DNA of 63,949 nt, the filler included, from Barthelona sp. PAP020 (lineage: Eukaryota), in the NCBI GenBank assembly GCA_040182905.1. It is 6 parts of 6 records of this genome, joined end to end, with 100 filler letters (N's around TTAATTAATTAA, not from the genome) between each part and the next. Parts side by side here need not be neighbours in the genome. Positions count along the whole stretch, not along the records: positions 33,142 to 43,996 come from JARQWU010000393.1; 5 more parts are not named here. The stretch is one strand, 5' to 3'. The notes under the pieces were generated by a model. It saw only the letters and a program-made list of their open reading frames with translations, was not told where the DNA came from and did not search any database. Each line of letters opens with the position of its first letter. Within the stretch, counting starts at the first letter, position 1. The position numbers and the translations under genes were made by a program. Shown piece by piece: positions 33,241 to 44,096 of this stretch.

Positions 33241-33336
33241 TTAAAAGTGGTCAAGAAACAACAAATAACGAAAGTGATATTTGATGACCTCTTTATATCT
33301 CCAATAAATTCCGTTCATTGAGCATGAACTTCCACA

Positions 33337-33590
33337 TTATTTGGTTAAAAGCTTTCGAGGTCCAATTTATCTGTCGGAAAACTTTAGATTCTCCAATGTA
33401 AAATTCAAACTTTAAAATTTCGCTTTTACAAAAATTCAAAAAACAATTGGAATAGAAAAATTTTTCAAAATTTTCATACTTGATGAGCAAGATTCAATTA
33501 CAGCCACACCTTCTGTTGAGATTTGAGGAAATGAGTTTTCTTTGGTTGTTTTTTCTTTGTAAATGAATATAGTTGTTTCACAACTGGACC
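33337..33590 (+). repeat. Interspersed repeat, 5'-truncated copy
   Basis: TTATTTGGTTAAAAGCTTTCGAGGTCC...TGATGAGCAAGATTCAATT...AGTTGTTTCACAACTGGACC. Confidence 0.9.
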
Positions 33591-34611
33591 AATTTATCAC
33601 AAAATGAATGGCATCATTAGAACTAAAGATTTTGTTGCAGGTATTTTAATTATTCAAAAACCTTCCTATCTTGATTTCTTTCTTTTCAACAGTCATAATA
33701 TTCCTTTAAAGGAAAAATAGGACATGTCAACAATTGCTAAAAGAATCAAGAAACAACAAATAAAATGTAAATTTAACAAACATTTTCACAAAGAACCCAT
33801 GTATAACCCATATAAAGGACATCAGTTAAGATACAACCATTACGAGGAGAGTTCAACAAAAGTCGAAGAAACTTCAGATAAAACCTCAAACATAGAGATG
33901 AAGTCAACAAGAACAATTTTTTACTTCAAGAATCCTGAATTTAATCCTTTAGGTCGCATTCTTTTTTTTTTTTTTAAGGCTTCGAACATCCCAAAATCGT
34001 CATCATCGAAAAACTTCTAACTGTACCAAACCCAACGTAATGGGTTGACACAAAAAATAAAAGTCTTTAAATTTTGGAAAATATCATGTTCTTTCTGTAA
34101 AATCAAATAATGTCAACTTTAAAATTCCATATATTATCCAAAAAACCTGGAAATGAAACCCACACTAAATTATCTAAAAGAATATACCTTGAATCAACAA
34201 TGAATAGTTCTTTTCTTTCTCATACCAACATATAATAAGGTGGCGAAATGATTAAATATAGGCAAAATCATTTGCTTAATTGAGTCGCCTTATCTTTCAG
34301 GAGGAACAAGATCCAAATCATTCCCTTTTACGAAGGTTTTCTGATTTTCTTTGTTTTGTGTCAAAAAAAATCTTATTTATTTATTCATTATTGAGTGCCA
34401 AGGAGAGTCTTTAATGCTTCGTAAATTTTTTTGTATTCATTCTTTTTTACACAAAAACAATGTTTGAAGAAGCAAAAACACTCTAAGCCCAACAAATACT
34501 GACAAACATTGATTGAGAAAAGGACATACCTTTCCATTTTTCTCCAAATAAGTGCAAATACATGTTCCAAAATAGTCATTTAACCCAGTGGAGATAAATC
34601 TCAAACAAACA

Positions 34612-35874
34612 CTAAACCAAATATTCAAGGATTGATTGTCCAATAGAAGATCCAATATATGCATAGGATTCAGGAGTGAATGGAACAATAATCTTTTGAC
34701 CTGCGGAAAAAGCATGATGAGCGAAAAATGATGCCTCAATTGTGTAAACTTGACATCTGCTTGGAAATAATTCGGCACCCATGACAAACCTTCCCGTAGC
34801 TTGAAGATCATTTTCACCAATATATTTTGAAGCTTCTGGTGAAAAAATTGAACAATTTTTGGCCAATAATCTTGGAAATTTTAAGGCTTGCAAAGGCCTT
34901 AAAAGGTCAACACTAAATTCCTTATCATGTGAACAAAAACCTCTTGAAATTGCTGACTGAATTGCTGACGATGAATTTGCGTAGGAAAAACAATTATATC
35001 CTGTTGAATGAGCATGCAAATCTATATATAACACCAGATTGGTAGACTTATCTTTTTGTAATTGCTTCAAAAATGTTTTTAATGCAAATACAGAAGGATG
35101 TCTGTACGGACATGGTTCATCCCATATGCGGTTTAGATCGTGCCCAATCGTATCTGTTCTGTAATTACCAAGCGAAACACCATCTGGATTTAACATGGGA
35201 ATAAGATGAATAACTGCTAATTTTCTGAGGGATACAGCAGAAGGATGATTGCTTACCAAAAAATCAATGAGACCTTTCATGATAAAGGATGAGGGTGTTT
35301 CACCTGGATGTATTCTACTGGAAACAACGATTGTTGGACAATAAACGGTATTTGCACATTCCGTTATTGTCAGTAAATCAATCCGACGATAGAAATGAGT
35401 GCGAGTTAACAAATGAAAATTTACAAACGATAGCGATTGACTGTTTAATTCAAATAAATATTTTTGTAAAGTATTATATGAATAAGGAAAACAATAAGCA
35501 AAATAGTAGGTGTCTTGTGGGTTGACGAAATTAAACAAAAATGATAATACAAAGACTCCATCACCTCTTTTCCAATATTTACAATCAAGTGGAGGTAACC
35601 TTATCCATTTAGGATGTAATTTAGATTTCACAACAGGTGTTAGACCTTCAAAATACAAACTTTTCTTTTTGGAAAAACCATAAATATGTAATAAACAAGT
35701 TAGTCCAGTTAAATTAGGATTTTTAACCCCAAAATAATACCATAGTTTATATTTTTCATTGTTAATATCACCACGAATTCCAATTTCATATTCATTTTCT
35801 CCAATTCGACTAACATCTCCAATGTTACCAGAATCAAAATTGCAAAAAAAATTTAAGGCTTGTAATCTAAACAT
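34612..35874 (-). CDS. AGBL4: Cytosolic carboxypeptidase 6-like tubulin deglutamylase (M14D)
   Basis: FDSGN, W(Y)YF, KSLY..G.TPVVKS...PKW.RLPP, FAYCFPYSY, RIHPGETPSS, PMLNPDGV..GNYR...DLNR.W, IDLHAHS, YTIE. ATG 35874. Confidence 0.88.
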   Translation of the reverse strand: MFRLQALNFFCNFDSGNIGDVSRIGENEYEIGIRGDINNEKYKLWYYFGVKNPNLTGLTCLLHIYGFSKKKSLYFEGLTPVVKSKLHPKWIRLPPLDCKYWKRGDGVFVLSFLFNFVNPQDTYYFAYCFPYSYNTLQKYLFELNSQSLSFVNFHLLTRTHFYRRIDLLTITECANTVYCPTIVVSSRIHPGETPSSFIMKGLIDFLVSNHPSAVSLRKLAVIHLIPMLNPDGVSLGNYRTDTIGHDLNRIWDEPCPYRHPSVFALKTFLKQLQKDKSTNLVLYIDLHAHSTGYNCFSYANSSSAIQSAISRGFCSHDKEFSVDLLRPLQALKFPRLLAKNCSIFSPEASKYIGENDLQATGRFVMGAELFPSRCQVYTIEASFFAHHAFSAGQKIIVPFTPESYAYIGSSIGQSILEYLV

Positions 35875-35948
35875 ACATTTCAATCACAAATAAAAAAATC
35901 TTGAAAAAAAAGAAATTGAAACTTGAATTTTCAAGTCTTTTTTATTAT

Positions 35949-38900
35949 ATGATAACCAATATTCAAGGCTATTTAACGGTGAAAACTGGTTTTTTTTCAA
36001 GTGAAAAACGATTTCATGTTCTTGTTGGTCCTTGGTTAATGGTCTTTCGAAATAATAATGATAATTCAGCGCCACTTGGCACCTATTTTATCAAGAATAC
36101 TAATATTATACCTGCACCACCAAGCAAACAGCGATCAAATAGAATTCCTATTAGAATTGAATCAAGATCATTTTCTTATGAAGCTTTTGCTGTAAATGAA
36201 AAAGATTATATCTTTTGGTTTAATAATTTGGAATATTCATCGTCATTTGATTATATTAAAAAGGTATTTGATGGAACTCAAATGAATTTTACAACTATTG
36301 ATGAAATGGAAGCTATTCCACTTGAAATAACAAAAAATAAGCTTTGTAAATGGAAAGAACCTGTAGAAATTATTGAAGAAAATATTGAAAAAAATGAAGA
36401 TATCGTTATTTTAACCGAACCAACACCTTTAGATTATATTGAGGATAAACCAGATGTTGATGCTGTTAATGAAGATATAGATATTGCAAATGAAACTATG
36501 GATGCAAATGATGATTCATTATGTGCAGACTTAACTAAAGAAGAAGAAAGAAACCTTCCCCAAGATGAAAACTCTTGTTCAACAACCAAACTCATTGAAG
36601 ACAATATTGATGATACGACTGCTTTGGAAGTAGACGTTACATTGACAAGGGAGACAGATATTGAAAAAGAGAGTTTGCTCAACAATGAAGAAGTATCTGA
36701 AGAGACACACGAAGAGGTTAAACAGGATGAGGTTAGCTTGGAACATAAAATCTTTGAGCTTCAAGTTACTGAAGCTGATGTGACAGAGCCAAATATTAGT
36801 GGTCAGTTGGAAGATATTGACAACTTGGCGAATACTGATGAAATTAAAGAAGTGATTCATCAGATGGATGAAAGCGATGAAGATTTAAACATTCTTGAGG
36901 ATAATATTCTTAACAATGAAGCAATCAATGAGGATATTATGGGTGATGGAGACATTCAAGATGATTTTGATGAAGTCGTAGAAACAGGAGATTTTGACGA
37001 AACACTGGATATGGAGGATACGCAGATCCTTGAGGAAACTAAGGAAATTGATGAAGCAAATGATGTAGAATTCCTGAATAATGATGATGAATATGCTTCC
37101 AATGTTGAAGAAGAAATTATTGATAATGATGATGAACAAGAAATTGAAGAAGAATTAGGGAAAGAAGAAGAATCCGACGACTATGTTGAGGCTATTGACG
37201 AAGAAGAAGATAATGATGATGAAGAAGAAGAACAAGAAGAAGAAGAAGAAGAAGAAGAAGAAGAATATTCTGGGGATGAATGGGGAGACAGTGTTCTTTC
37301 TGAATGGGACGATGAAGATCCTTTTTATGGTTGTGGACAAGTTGCTGGAGTTGAAGTTTGGAAAATCACACATATGCAAGCTGTTCCATTAAAAGAAGAG
37401 GCTATTGGGCGTTTTAAATCTGGTAGTGTGTACGTTGTCTTATCTACAATGGGAATACCCGGGGATTTTGTTCACACTGTTTTTCTTTGGATTGGGTCAA
37501 ATGCTAAGGTTGATACATTATGTATAGGTGCCCAACAATCTTTGGTTGTAAATAAACGGTTTAATGATGAAACGCCTGTTTCCAGAATCACTGATGGTTC
37601 AGAGTCTTATGTTTTCAAATCATTATTTGATTTGTATGATGGTTTTCAACGTGTTGAGCACAAAGCAGAAACTTCACTTGTTACCAAAAAGAATGAATTT
37701 GAACCCATTATGTATCGTATTAAGGGAAGAAATAAAGCTTATGTGTCGCCAATTCGAATTGACATTCATTCACTTTCACAAAAAGATTGTTGTTTACTGG
37801 ATATGAAGGACAAGATTTATGTTTTCTATGGAGAATTAGCATCCAAAGCAGCTTTTTCGACTGCAATGCAGCTAGCTCAACAAATTAAAAATGTTGATCG
37901 ACGTGGTCAATGTGAAGTAATTACTGTTGATACTGTTGGACATGATGATGATGATTTTTGGGAAATTTTAGGTGGGAAGAAAGAAATTCAGTTTAGTTCT
38001 AGACCTTCAGACAGACAATATGAAGAGATGATGAAGGATTCAATTAGAATGATGGAGATATTATTGGAAAATGATGAATTTAAGTTGGAGCCTATCGAAG
38101 TTAAGAGAGAAAACATGGCTAGTGATAGATGCTACATATTCAACTGTGGTTTTCGAGTTTATGTTTGGAGAGGTAGATATTGTGATGAGTTGATTGCAGA
38201 AGCAGCCAGTGTAAGTGGATATGAGTTGGTTAAAGTATGGTATCCTGACGAAGAAGAAGAAGAAGAAGGTCTTGTTGTAAATAGGTTTGAAGAAATTACA
38301 GAAGGTCTGGAAACTGGGTTATTCAGGTCATTTTTTTCAGACTTTGATGAATGCGTTGAAAAAGCAAAACGTTTAGCCATGGAAGAAGAGCGAAAGAGAA
38401 TTTTAGAGGAAAAGAAGGAAGAAGATAGATTAAAAGCTCTTAAAGCTATAGAAGACAAAAAACGTCTCTTAGAATTAATGCAAAAACGTAAAGAACGTTT
38501 AAAATCTTCAATAAATACAGAGGAATGCTTGATTGAAACATATCGTTTGGTAGACTTGAAAGTTGAAGCTGTTGACTTACCTGATGCCGGTAAATTCCAT
38601 AGTAGAGATTGTTATGTTGTTTGTCATTGCGAAGTGGTTGTAGATATGCTAGTATATACTGTTTTTTTCTGGCAAGGAAAACATTCACCTGCTTGTTGTT
38701 TTGTCAATTTCTTCTTCAGTCTATGGAATCAAATATGTGATTCAGCCATGGAAAGAGGATCTCCTAAGCCTGATTTGGTACAAATAAAACAAGGACAAGA
38801 AACTGTTGAATTTTTGTCGTTATTCCAGGGTCATATGGTTGTTTACAATGGTGGTAAGAGCTCTAAATGGTTAAGACAAGTGGAGGATGGATATTATTGG

Positions 38901-40154
38901 CAACAACAATATCTTCTTAATGAGTTGATTCTGAGTGAACCACAATCACCATCTAAACCAAGAATTCCAGCCAAACGTTTATTCCAAGTCATTGGACACA
39001 ATGAGTATGAATGTAGGGCAATTGAAGTGGAATATAATGTGAAATCCCTATGTCCCAACAGCAGTTATATATTGGAACTCACCTATCCTTCATCTCCTGA
39101 ACGTATCAGCAAAGAATTGGAATGGATGGAAAAACAAGAGCTATTAGCTGAAGAAATGGAGGAGGAAGAAGATTTTGAAGAAGAAGATAATCCATATGGT
39201 TTGGAAGGTACAATTTATCTGTGGCATGGTCAAGGCACTTCTAAAGAGTGCAAAAAGATTTCTAAAGATATTGTTGTTTCGTTATTTATTGCATCTCATG
39301 AATTTTATGAGTTTGATGAAGGGAATGAAACACACCAATTCTGGGCTGATTTAGACTATGATACAAAGAAAATTGAAACCGATGACATGGGAACATCAAT
39401 AAAGCCTTATTATTCTCATGAATTCCTTTGCGATCCTACAATCGCTCCAAGGTTTTTCCAATTATACATTACCCATCATGAACCTACTTTGGTTGAGATT
39501 AATTCCTGGTCTCAACAGGACCTAGAGCACAACAACGTGATTATCATTGATACTTTACAGCGAACCTTTGTTTGGAATGGAAAATATTCCAGCGAAGAGT
39601 TAAGAAAGTTAGGAATGGATCTTGCAAGAGATTATATTAATAATAGTGATGATGGTCGTGCCCTAAAACCACCTTTGAACGTTATGGAAAATGAAGAGCC
39701 AGGATTTTTCAAGGCTCTTTTCAGAGCTTGGGATGAAGATGATCGCAAGCCACAAGTATTGGGATTTGTTGATCCATGCATTGAAACAGAAAGGAGAATT
39801 ACCAATGCAATCGATGAAAATGCCAAAGAAATGTTGAAGAATAAACATGCTCATTACAACAATAAATCCATGGTCTTTTGGAATCTAAAAAGCACAAACA
39901 TGTCCACTGTAGCAGCTAGAGAAGCTTTAGCAAAAATCCAACTTGAGTTTAACAGATGGAAAAGTATCAGTGGTAAAAAAACGAAATGTGCAATTTGTGG
40001 CGAAGCAATTGCTGGTCCAATTACTTGGTATAGTGATGGAGAAAGTATTTGTAGTTGGAAGTGTATGCTTCCGGAAAATTTGCCTGATGATATGTCAATG
40101 AGCAGATTTGTCAGAAACACTTTGAAACCCTGGGTTGAATCTTTAAAATTTTAG
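35949..40154 (+). CDS. PH-domain villin/gelsolin-family actin-binding protein with long acidic linker and C-terminal Cys4 Zn finger
   Basis: N-terminal PH (QGYLTVKTG...KRFHVL...W); gelsolin repeats (VEVWKI...G.FKSG.VYVVL...LWIG, DCCLLD, GKFHSRDCYVV...FFWQG, WSQQDL...IIDT...VWNG); CAIC...CSWKC. ATG 35949. Confidence 0.85.
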   Translation: MITNIQGYLTVKTGFFSSEKRFHVLVGPWLMVFRNNNDNSAPLGTYFIKNTNIIPAPPSKQRSNRIPIRIESRSFSYEAFAVNEKDYIFWFNNLEYSSSFDYIKKVFDGTQMNFTTIDEMEAIPLEITKNKLCKWKEPVEIIEENIEKNEDIVILTEPTPLDYIEDKPDVDAVNEDIDIANETMDANDDSLCADLTKEEERNLPQDENSCSTTKLIEDNIDDTTALEVDVTLTRETDIEKESLLNNEEVSEETHEEVKQDEVSLEHKIFELQVTEADVTEPNISGQLEDIDNLANTDEIKEVIHQMDESDEDLNILEDNILNNEAINEDIMGDGDIQDDFDEVVETGDFDETLDMEDTQILEETKEIDEANDVEFLNNDDEYASNVEEEIIDNDDEQEIEEELGKEEESDDYVEAIDEEEDNDDEEEEQEEEEEEEEEEYSGDEWGDSVLSEWDDEDPFYGCGQVAGVEVWKITHMQAVPLKEEAIGRFKSGSVYVVLSTMGIPGDFVHTVFLWIGSNAKVDTLCIGAQQSLVVNKRFNDETPVSRITDGSESYVFKSLFDLYDGFQRVEHKAETSLVTKKNEFEPIMYRIKGRNKAYVSPIRIDIHSLSQKDCCLLDMKDKIYVFYGELASKAAFSTAMQLAQQIKNVDRRGQCEVITVDTVGHDDDDFWEILGGKKEIQFSSRPSDRQYEEMMKDSIRMMEILLENDEFKLEPIEVKRENMASDRCYIFNCGFRVYVWRGRYCDELIAEAASVSGYELVKVWYPDEEEEEEGLVVNRFEEITEGLETGLFRSFFSDFDECVEKAKRLAMEEERKRILEEKKEEDRLKALKAIEDKKRLLELMQKRKERLKSSINTEECLIETYRLVDLKVEAVDLPDAGKFHSRDCYVVCHCEVVVDMLVYTVFFWQGKHSPACCFVNFFFSLWNQICDSAMERGSPKPDLVQIKQGQETVEFLSLFQGHMVVYNGGKSSKWLRQVEDGYYWQQQYLLNELILSEPQSPSKPRIPAKRLFQVIGHNEYECRAIEVEYNVKSLCPNSSYILELTYPSSPERISKELEWMEKQELLAEEMEEEEDFEEEDNPYGLEGTIYLWHGQGTSKECKKISKDIVVSLFIASHEFYEFDEGNETHQFWADLDYDTKKIETDDMGTSIKPYYSHEFLCDPTIAPRFFQLYITHHEPTLVEINSWSQQDLEHNNVIIIDTLQRTFVWNGKYSSEELRKLGMDLARDYINNSDDGRALKPPLNVMENEEPGFFKALFRAWDEDDRKPQVLGFVDPCIETERRITNAIDENAKEMLKNKHAHYNNKSMVFWNLKSTNMSTVAAREALAKIQLEFNRWKSISGKKTKCAICGEAIAGPITWYSDGESICSWKCMLPENLPDDMSMSRFVRNTLKPWVESLKF

Positions 40155-40383
40155 GATGCAAAAAAATATAGAATCCATTCGGTGAAAAACATGGATGTTT
40201 AGTTCTTTTTTTTTGTATTTTTTAGTCCTGAATTTATTAATTGAAATGTTTTGCCAATGTTTCACAATTTTTTATGAATAATTTTTATAAATATTATTTG
40301 ATATTTTTAAATTTTTTTCTTTTTTCTTTTTTCTTCCTGCATTCTTTTCATTTCTTTTCTTGAACTATTGTTTGAATATCAAG

Positions 40384-40709
40384 ATTATTTCCAAGCCAAG
40401 AAACACTGTGCTTATGAGTGAATAAAAAAGAATTGTATTTATTTGGTTAAAGGCTTTCGAGGCCCGATTGATCTGTTGAAAAACTTTAGATTTTCTAAGG
40501 TAAAGTTCAAACTTTAAAATTTTGCTTTTGCAAAAATACAAAAAAATTGGAATGAAGAATTTCTCCGAAATTCTCCTGCTTGATGACCAAGATTCAATTA
40601 CATCTCAGTCCCTCAATTCCCCTCCTGGGATTATGACTGAAATTTGCTAGAATGAGTTTTCTGAGTTTACTTTCTTTGTAAATAAATGTAGTTGTTTCAC
40701 AACTGGACC
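40384..40709 (+). repeat. Interspersed repeat, near full-length copy
   Basis: Same core and same 3' terminus AGTTGTTTCACAACTGGACC; lies between convergent genes. Confidence 0.9.
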
Positions 40710-40911
40710 AACTAAACATATTATTAGTATCTTTCTATTGACTTTGAAACAGCTTTCTTTGAGATTGAGAATAGATTTTCAGAGAAATGATGAAAAATTT
40801 GGGTTACTATCACATTCCCTAACTTTACTTCCAATATAAGATTATAACATCAAGAGAAACAATAAACAATATATATATATATTTATTTCAGTTGGAGATA
40901 AACCAAGACTA

Positions 40912-43746
40912 TCAAATTCCAAAACTTGGCATAGCCATTTGTTCATCCATCAAACCAGTGGAAGAAATATTCAAACTAGATTCCGCAGCCCTACGTAAAG
41001 CTTGATATTGTGATGTGACGTTCTTTGTTTTGATACAACTCAAAATAACCAAACCAACAAGAATTACAATTACGAGAATACCAGCACTTGTTGTCCAAGG
41101 AGATATTTCAAAAACAGAACATTCTTCAATTTGAGGTGGTAAAACTACAGCTAAAGTGCAATTTCTATTTGCTTTTATTCCCGTGAGAATCTCCTGCTTT
41201 CCATTCACACATTCTCCCCTAATTTCTTCCAAATCTTCTTCATTGCAAATTGGACAGGCATGACTAGTGACCCATCTGAATTCAGAAATACATGTGCCAT
41301 ACATAAATTTTCCAACCACTTCTGGAACTCCTAAACCAATTGAGGGATCACAAACGAACGTAATATTCGCCGATCTCTTTCCACCAAAGAAACATTCTTG
41401 AGCTCCATTAAAAATTTGCAACTTAAATTCTCCTTCATCAGTTGAATACATGCCTAATTGATTGCCTAAAGAATGCACACGATCCCAAGGATCTCTATAA
41501 CATCCAAACACAGGCATGGAATCATTATTTGAATCCAAACAAATGGGTGATGGCTTTATACAAGGATTTAAATAGAAAAGATATCCATATTCATCTTTAA
41601 CTGGACTCACGTTGTTCCCTAAAGAACTTAAACGATATTCACGATTGTTCATATTAAAGACACAGTGATTTGACTCACAAGTGGTACGATTTGCAATACT
41701 TGATGTTTGATTACCACAGGCCATACATGAATCCGCACCAACAGAATCAGAAAAATATCCGTCCTCACATAAAACACACCCGTCCGAATTTGCATTTGGT
41801 ACTTTACCAACGGGACAAGCTTCACATGTTCCAACACCTTCAGTTGAAATATACCCACCTTCACATGCAACACAACGTGATGCAGCACCGTCTTTTACTC
41901 CAGTTACAGTAATATTAGCAATTTCAATCGAATCAATTCTTTCATCAATAGGAACGTTACCTTTACGGAAAGATAACTCTAAGACATGTTTTCCAGCTTC
42001 TAAATATGCAATATGAGTGGTCCATTCGGTATAAAAAACGGAACTATGAATTTGAAAATCATCATCTGCAACTTTAAAACTGAAAATTGATGTTCTATCA
42101 CATCCATCACAAGCAAATCTAAATTGCATTTCTAAAAGACCTGTTTTATCAAGTTCAACAGGAATTCGCAAACTAGAAATCGTATTTTGTTCACGTAATA
42201 CACCAGAATCCATAAATTCTCCACGCGGTCTCCATCCTGAACTACAAAATTCAGTTGGGGCACAAGTTTTATTCCAGTTCTTGTCAAACTCTTCAAATCT
42301 CGATAAAATAAGGGTTCCTTCACTTCTGCTTCCAGCTGGACACAATTCACATGTATCATCGACTGATTTACTACCTGAAGGACAACCATGACACATGCCA
42401 TCATCTTTACGAATATAACCGGGATTACAAGATCCACAATCAACAGACTCTTTTTCAGGCAATGGATTTGTTGTAGTGTCACAAATTGTTGGCTCCAAAT
42501 ATGAATAAATTTTATCCCTTTTACCATCAATACATGTGGAATACGTAAACATCCAGTCATCATCAGTACAAGCCTTTCTTTCAATACAAGTTGTTGAACC
42601 TGGATAAGAATATTTTCCATCAGAACAAGCAACACAATTTACACCAGTTCCATCGCTTATGGTGTTCATTGGACAAGGTGTACATTCCCCCGCACCTTTT
42701 CCAGAATACATTCCGGTACCACACGAGTAACATTGAGCATCAGCTATTGAGGTGCCATTGAAGACAATTTGACGAATTTTTGCAGTATTTTCACCAGCAA
42801 TAATTGAGTAATCATTATAAAATTTCCACTTAAAGGCATGAATACCCGAAGATACATCAATTTCAAACTTTTTCCACTGTAATACATCAAATTCTCTTTC
42901 AAATAATTTTTCATCATCCAAATAAAACTCTAAACCATCAGCATACATTTCTGCATCAGAAACAAACTCAAACATGACAGTACCATTTCTTGCGAACATC
43001 ACCGAAATATCCAAATCATTTTCAACACTTTCACTAACAGCTACAGCAGAATTGTTTCCTGCAACTAGTAACCCATCTTTTATTATCCATGGAATACAAA
43101 CTTTTCCATTTTGTGTCTTACAACTGGTTGTTAAGCCATAATCTCCAATGCTATTGGCAAAATTAGATAGAACTTTACCACCACCCAACGAAAAGGTCCC
43201 ATTTGTGCATCTATTACAAACCAACTCATTATTTTCAATGTTGATTGAAGTTCCGGCTGAACATGTGAAATCACAGGTAATATCCATAGGTGTCGGTAAA
43301 TCAAACAAATAGGACGGTTGACATTCATCAGAAAAATAAAACATAACTTTTCTGCTTCCACTAAGACAATTGCTAGTTTCAAAAAGTAAGTCATCTTTGG
43401 TACAAACACAAGGTTGATCAACCAAGTTTAGTTGAGTATCTCCAATGCAATCAGAAGTTGATAATTTCGTTAAAGTTAAATTTTTTTTACCATTGACACA
43501 CTTAGACCATTCTTTCAATTCATAATCATGAATTTTACAGTTACAATCAGTTTCCTTTATGTTAGGAACCAATAAATTATTATCATTTGTGCATGATTGA
43601 GGTTTAACCCATTGAGTGCTCATCAACCTTTTGTCGTTTTCACATTTCGAAAACGCTGCAGAATAATCGAAATCTGTACAGGTTTCACACAATATTATCG
43701 ATAATAACAATAAGACATATGAATAATGTATTGAAATATTTTTCAT
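40912..43746 (-). CDS. ELAPOR/KIAA1324-like cysteine-rich type I membrane protein with MRH domain
   Basis: Signal peptide; CTNGTFSLGGG; galactose-binding-like domains; C..G.YS repeats; MRH (ITFVCDP...GTC..EFRW.TSHACPIC...ECVNGKQ); TM helix; YQAL tail motif. Confidence 0.8.
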   Translation of the reverse strand: MKNISIHYSYVLLLLSIILCETCTDFDYSAAFSKCENDKRLMSTQWVKPQSCTNDNNLLVPNIKETDCNCKIHDYELKEWSKCVNGKKNLTLTKLSTSDCIGDTQLNLVDQPCVCTKDDLLFETSNCLSGSRKVMFYFSDECQPSYLFDLPTPMDITCDFTCSAGTSINIENNELVCNRCTNGTFSLGGGKVLSNFANSIGDYGLTTSCKTQNGKVCIPWIIKDGLLVAGNNSAVAVSESVENDLDISVMFARNGTVMFEFVSDAEMYADGLEFYLDDEKLFEREFDVLQWKKFEIDVSSGIHAFKWKFYNDYSIIAGENTAKIRQIVFNGTSIADAQCYSCGTGMYSGKGAGECTPCPMNTISDGTGVNCVACSDGKYSYPGSTTCIERKACTDDDWMFTYSTCIDGKRDKIYSYLEPTICDTTTNPLPEKESVDCGSCNPGYIRKDDGMCHGCPSGSKSVDDTCELCPAGSRSEGTLILSRFEEFDKNWNKTCAPTEFCSSGWRPRGEFMDSGVLREQNTISSLRIPVELDKTGLLEMQFRFACDGCDRTSIFSFKVADDDFQIHSSVFYTEWTTHIAYLEAGKHVLELSFRKGNVPIDERIDSIEIANITVTGVKDGAASRCVACEGGYISTEGVGTCEACPVGKVPNANSDGCVLCEDGYFSDSVGADSCMACGNQTSSIANRTTCESNHCVFNMNNREYRLSSLGNNVSPVKDEYGYLFYLNPCIKPSPICLDSNNDSMPVFGCYRDPWDRVHSLGNQLGMYSTDEGEFKLQIFNGAQECFFGGKRSANITFVCDPSIGLGVPEVVGKFMYGTCISEFRWVTSHACPICNEEDLEEIRGECVNGKQEILTGIKANRNCTLAVVLPPQIEECSVFEISPWTTSAGILVIVILVGLVILSCIKTKNVTSQYQALRRAAESSLNISSTGLMDEQMAMPSFGI

Positions 43747-43996
43747 TGATGATTAATAAAAAAAAATTTGTTGTATTTCACAAACACTTCTTTTCATAAA
43801 AAGAAATCCTAACCTTTACATTTATCTTATTAACTTTTAGAATTCCAAGTTTTCTCCTCAAAGATTTTGAAAATAAAAATGTTTAATATATTATTTCTGT
43901 ATTCATGTCATATAGTCAAACATATACGATAACAAAACGATCTTTGGATATTCATGGAAAGGATAGATATAGGTTTCATGGAAATCCAAATGTTCC

Positions 43997-44096
43997 NNNN
44001 NNNNNNNNNNNNNNNNNNNNNNNNNNNNNNNNNNNNNNNNTTAATTAATTAANNNNNNNNNNNNNNNNNNNNNNNNNNNNNNNNNNNNNNNNNNNN
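43997..44096. other. Artificial contig spacer
   Basis: N44-TTAATTAATTAA-N44. Confidence 0.98.

Noticed and set aside
26605..33850. Motifs TTACGAGGAGA, AGATACAACC and AAGGACA shared in permuted order between 26615-26661 and 33814-33850
   Set aside because: Matches of 7-11 nt are expected by chance in 64 kb; there is no flanking similarity.
33724..34579. Small ORFs 33724-34020, 34388-34579 and 34437-34820
   Set aside because: No recognisable motifs; they cross homopolymer runs or overlap CCP6. A small spliced gene cannot be excluded without RNA data.
36434..39854. Many short antisense or alternate-frame ORFs within long genes (also in RME-8, ELAPOR, DLD, V-ATPase)
   Set aside because: Shadow ORFs of biased coding sequence with no independent motifs.
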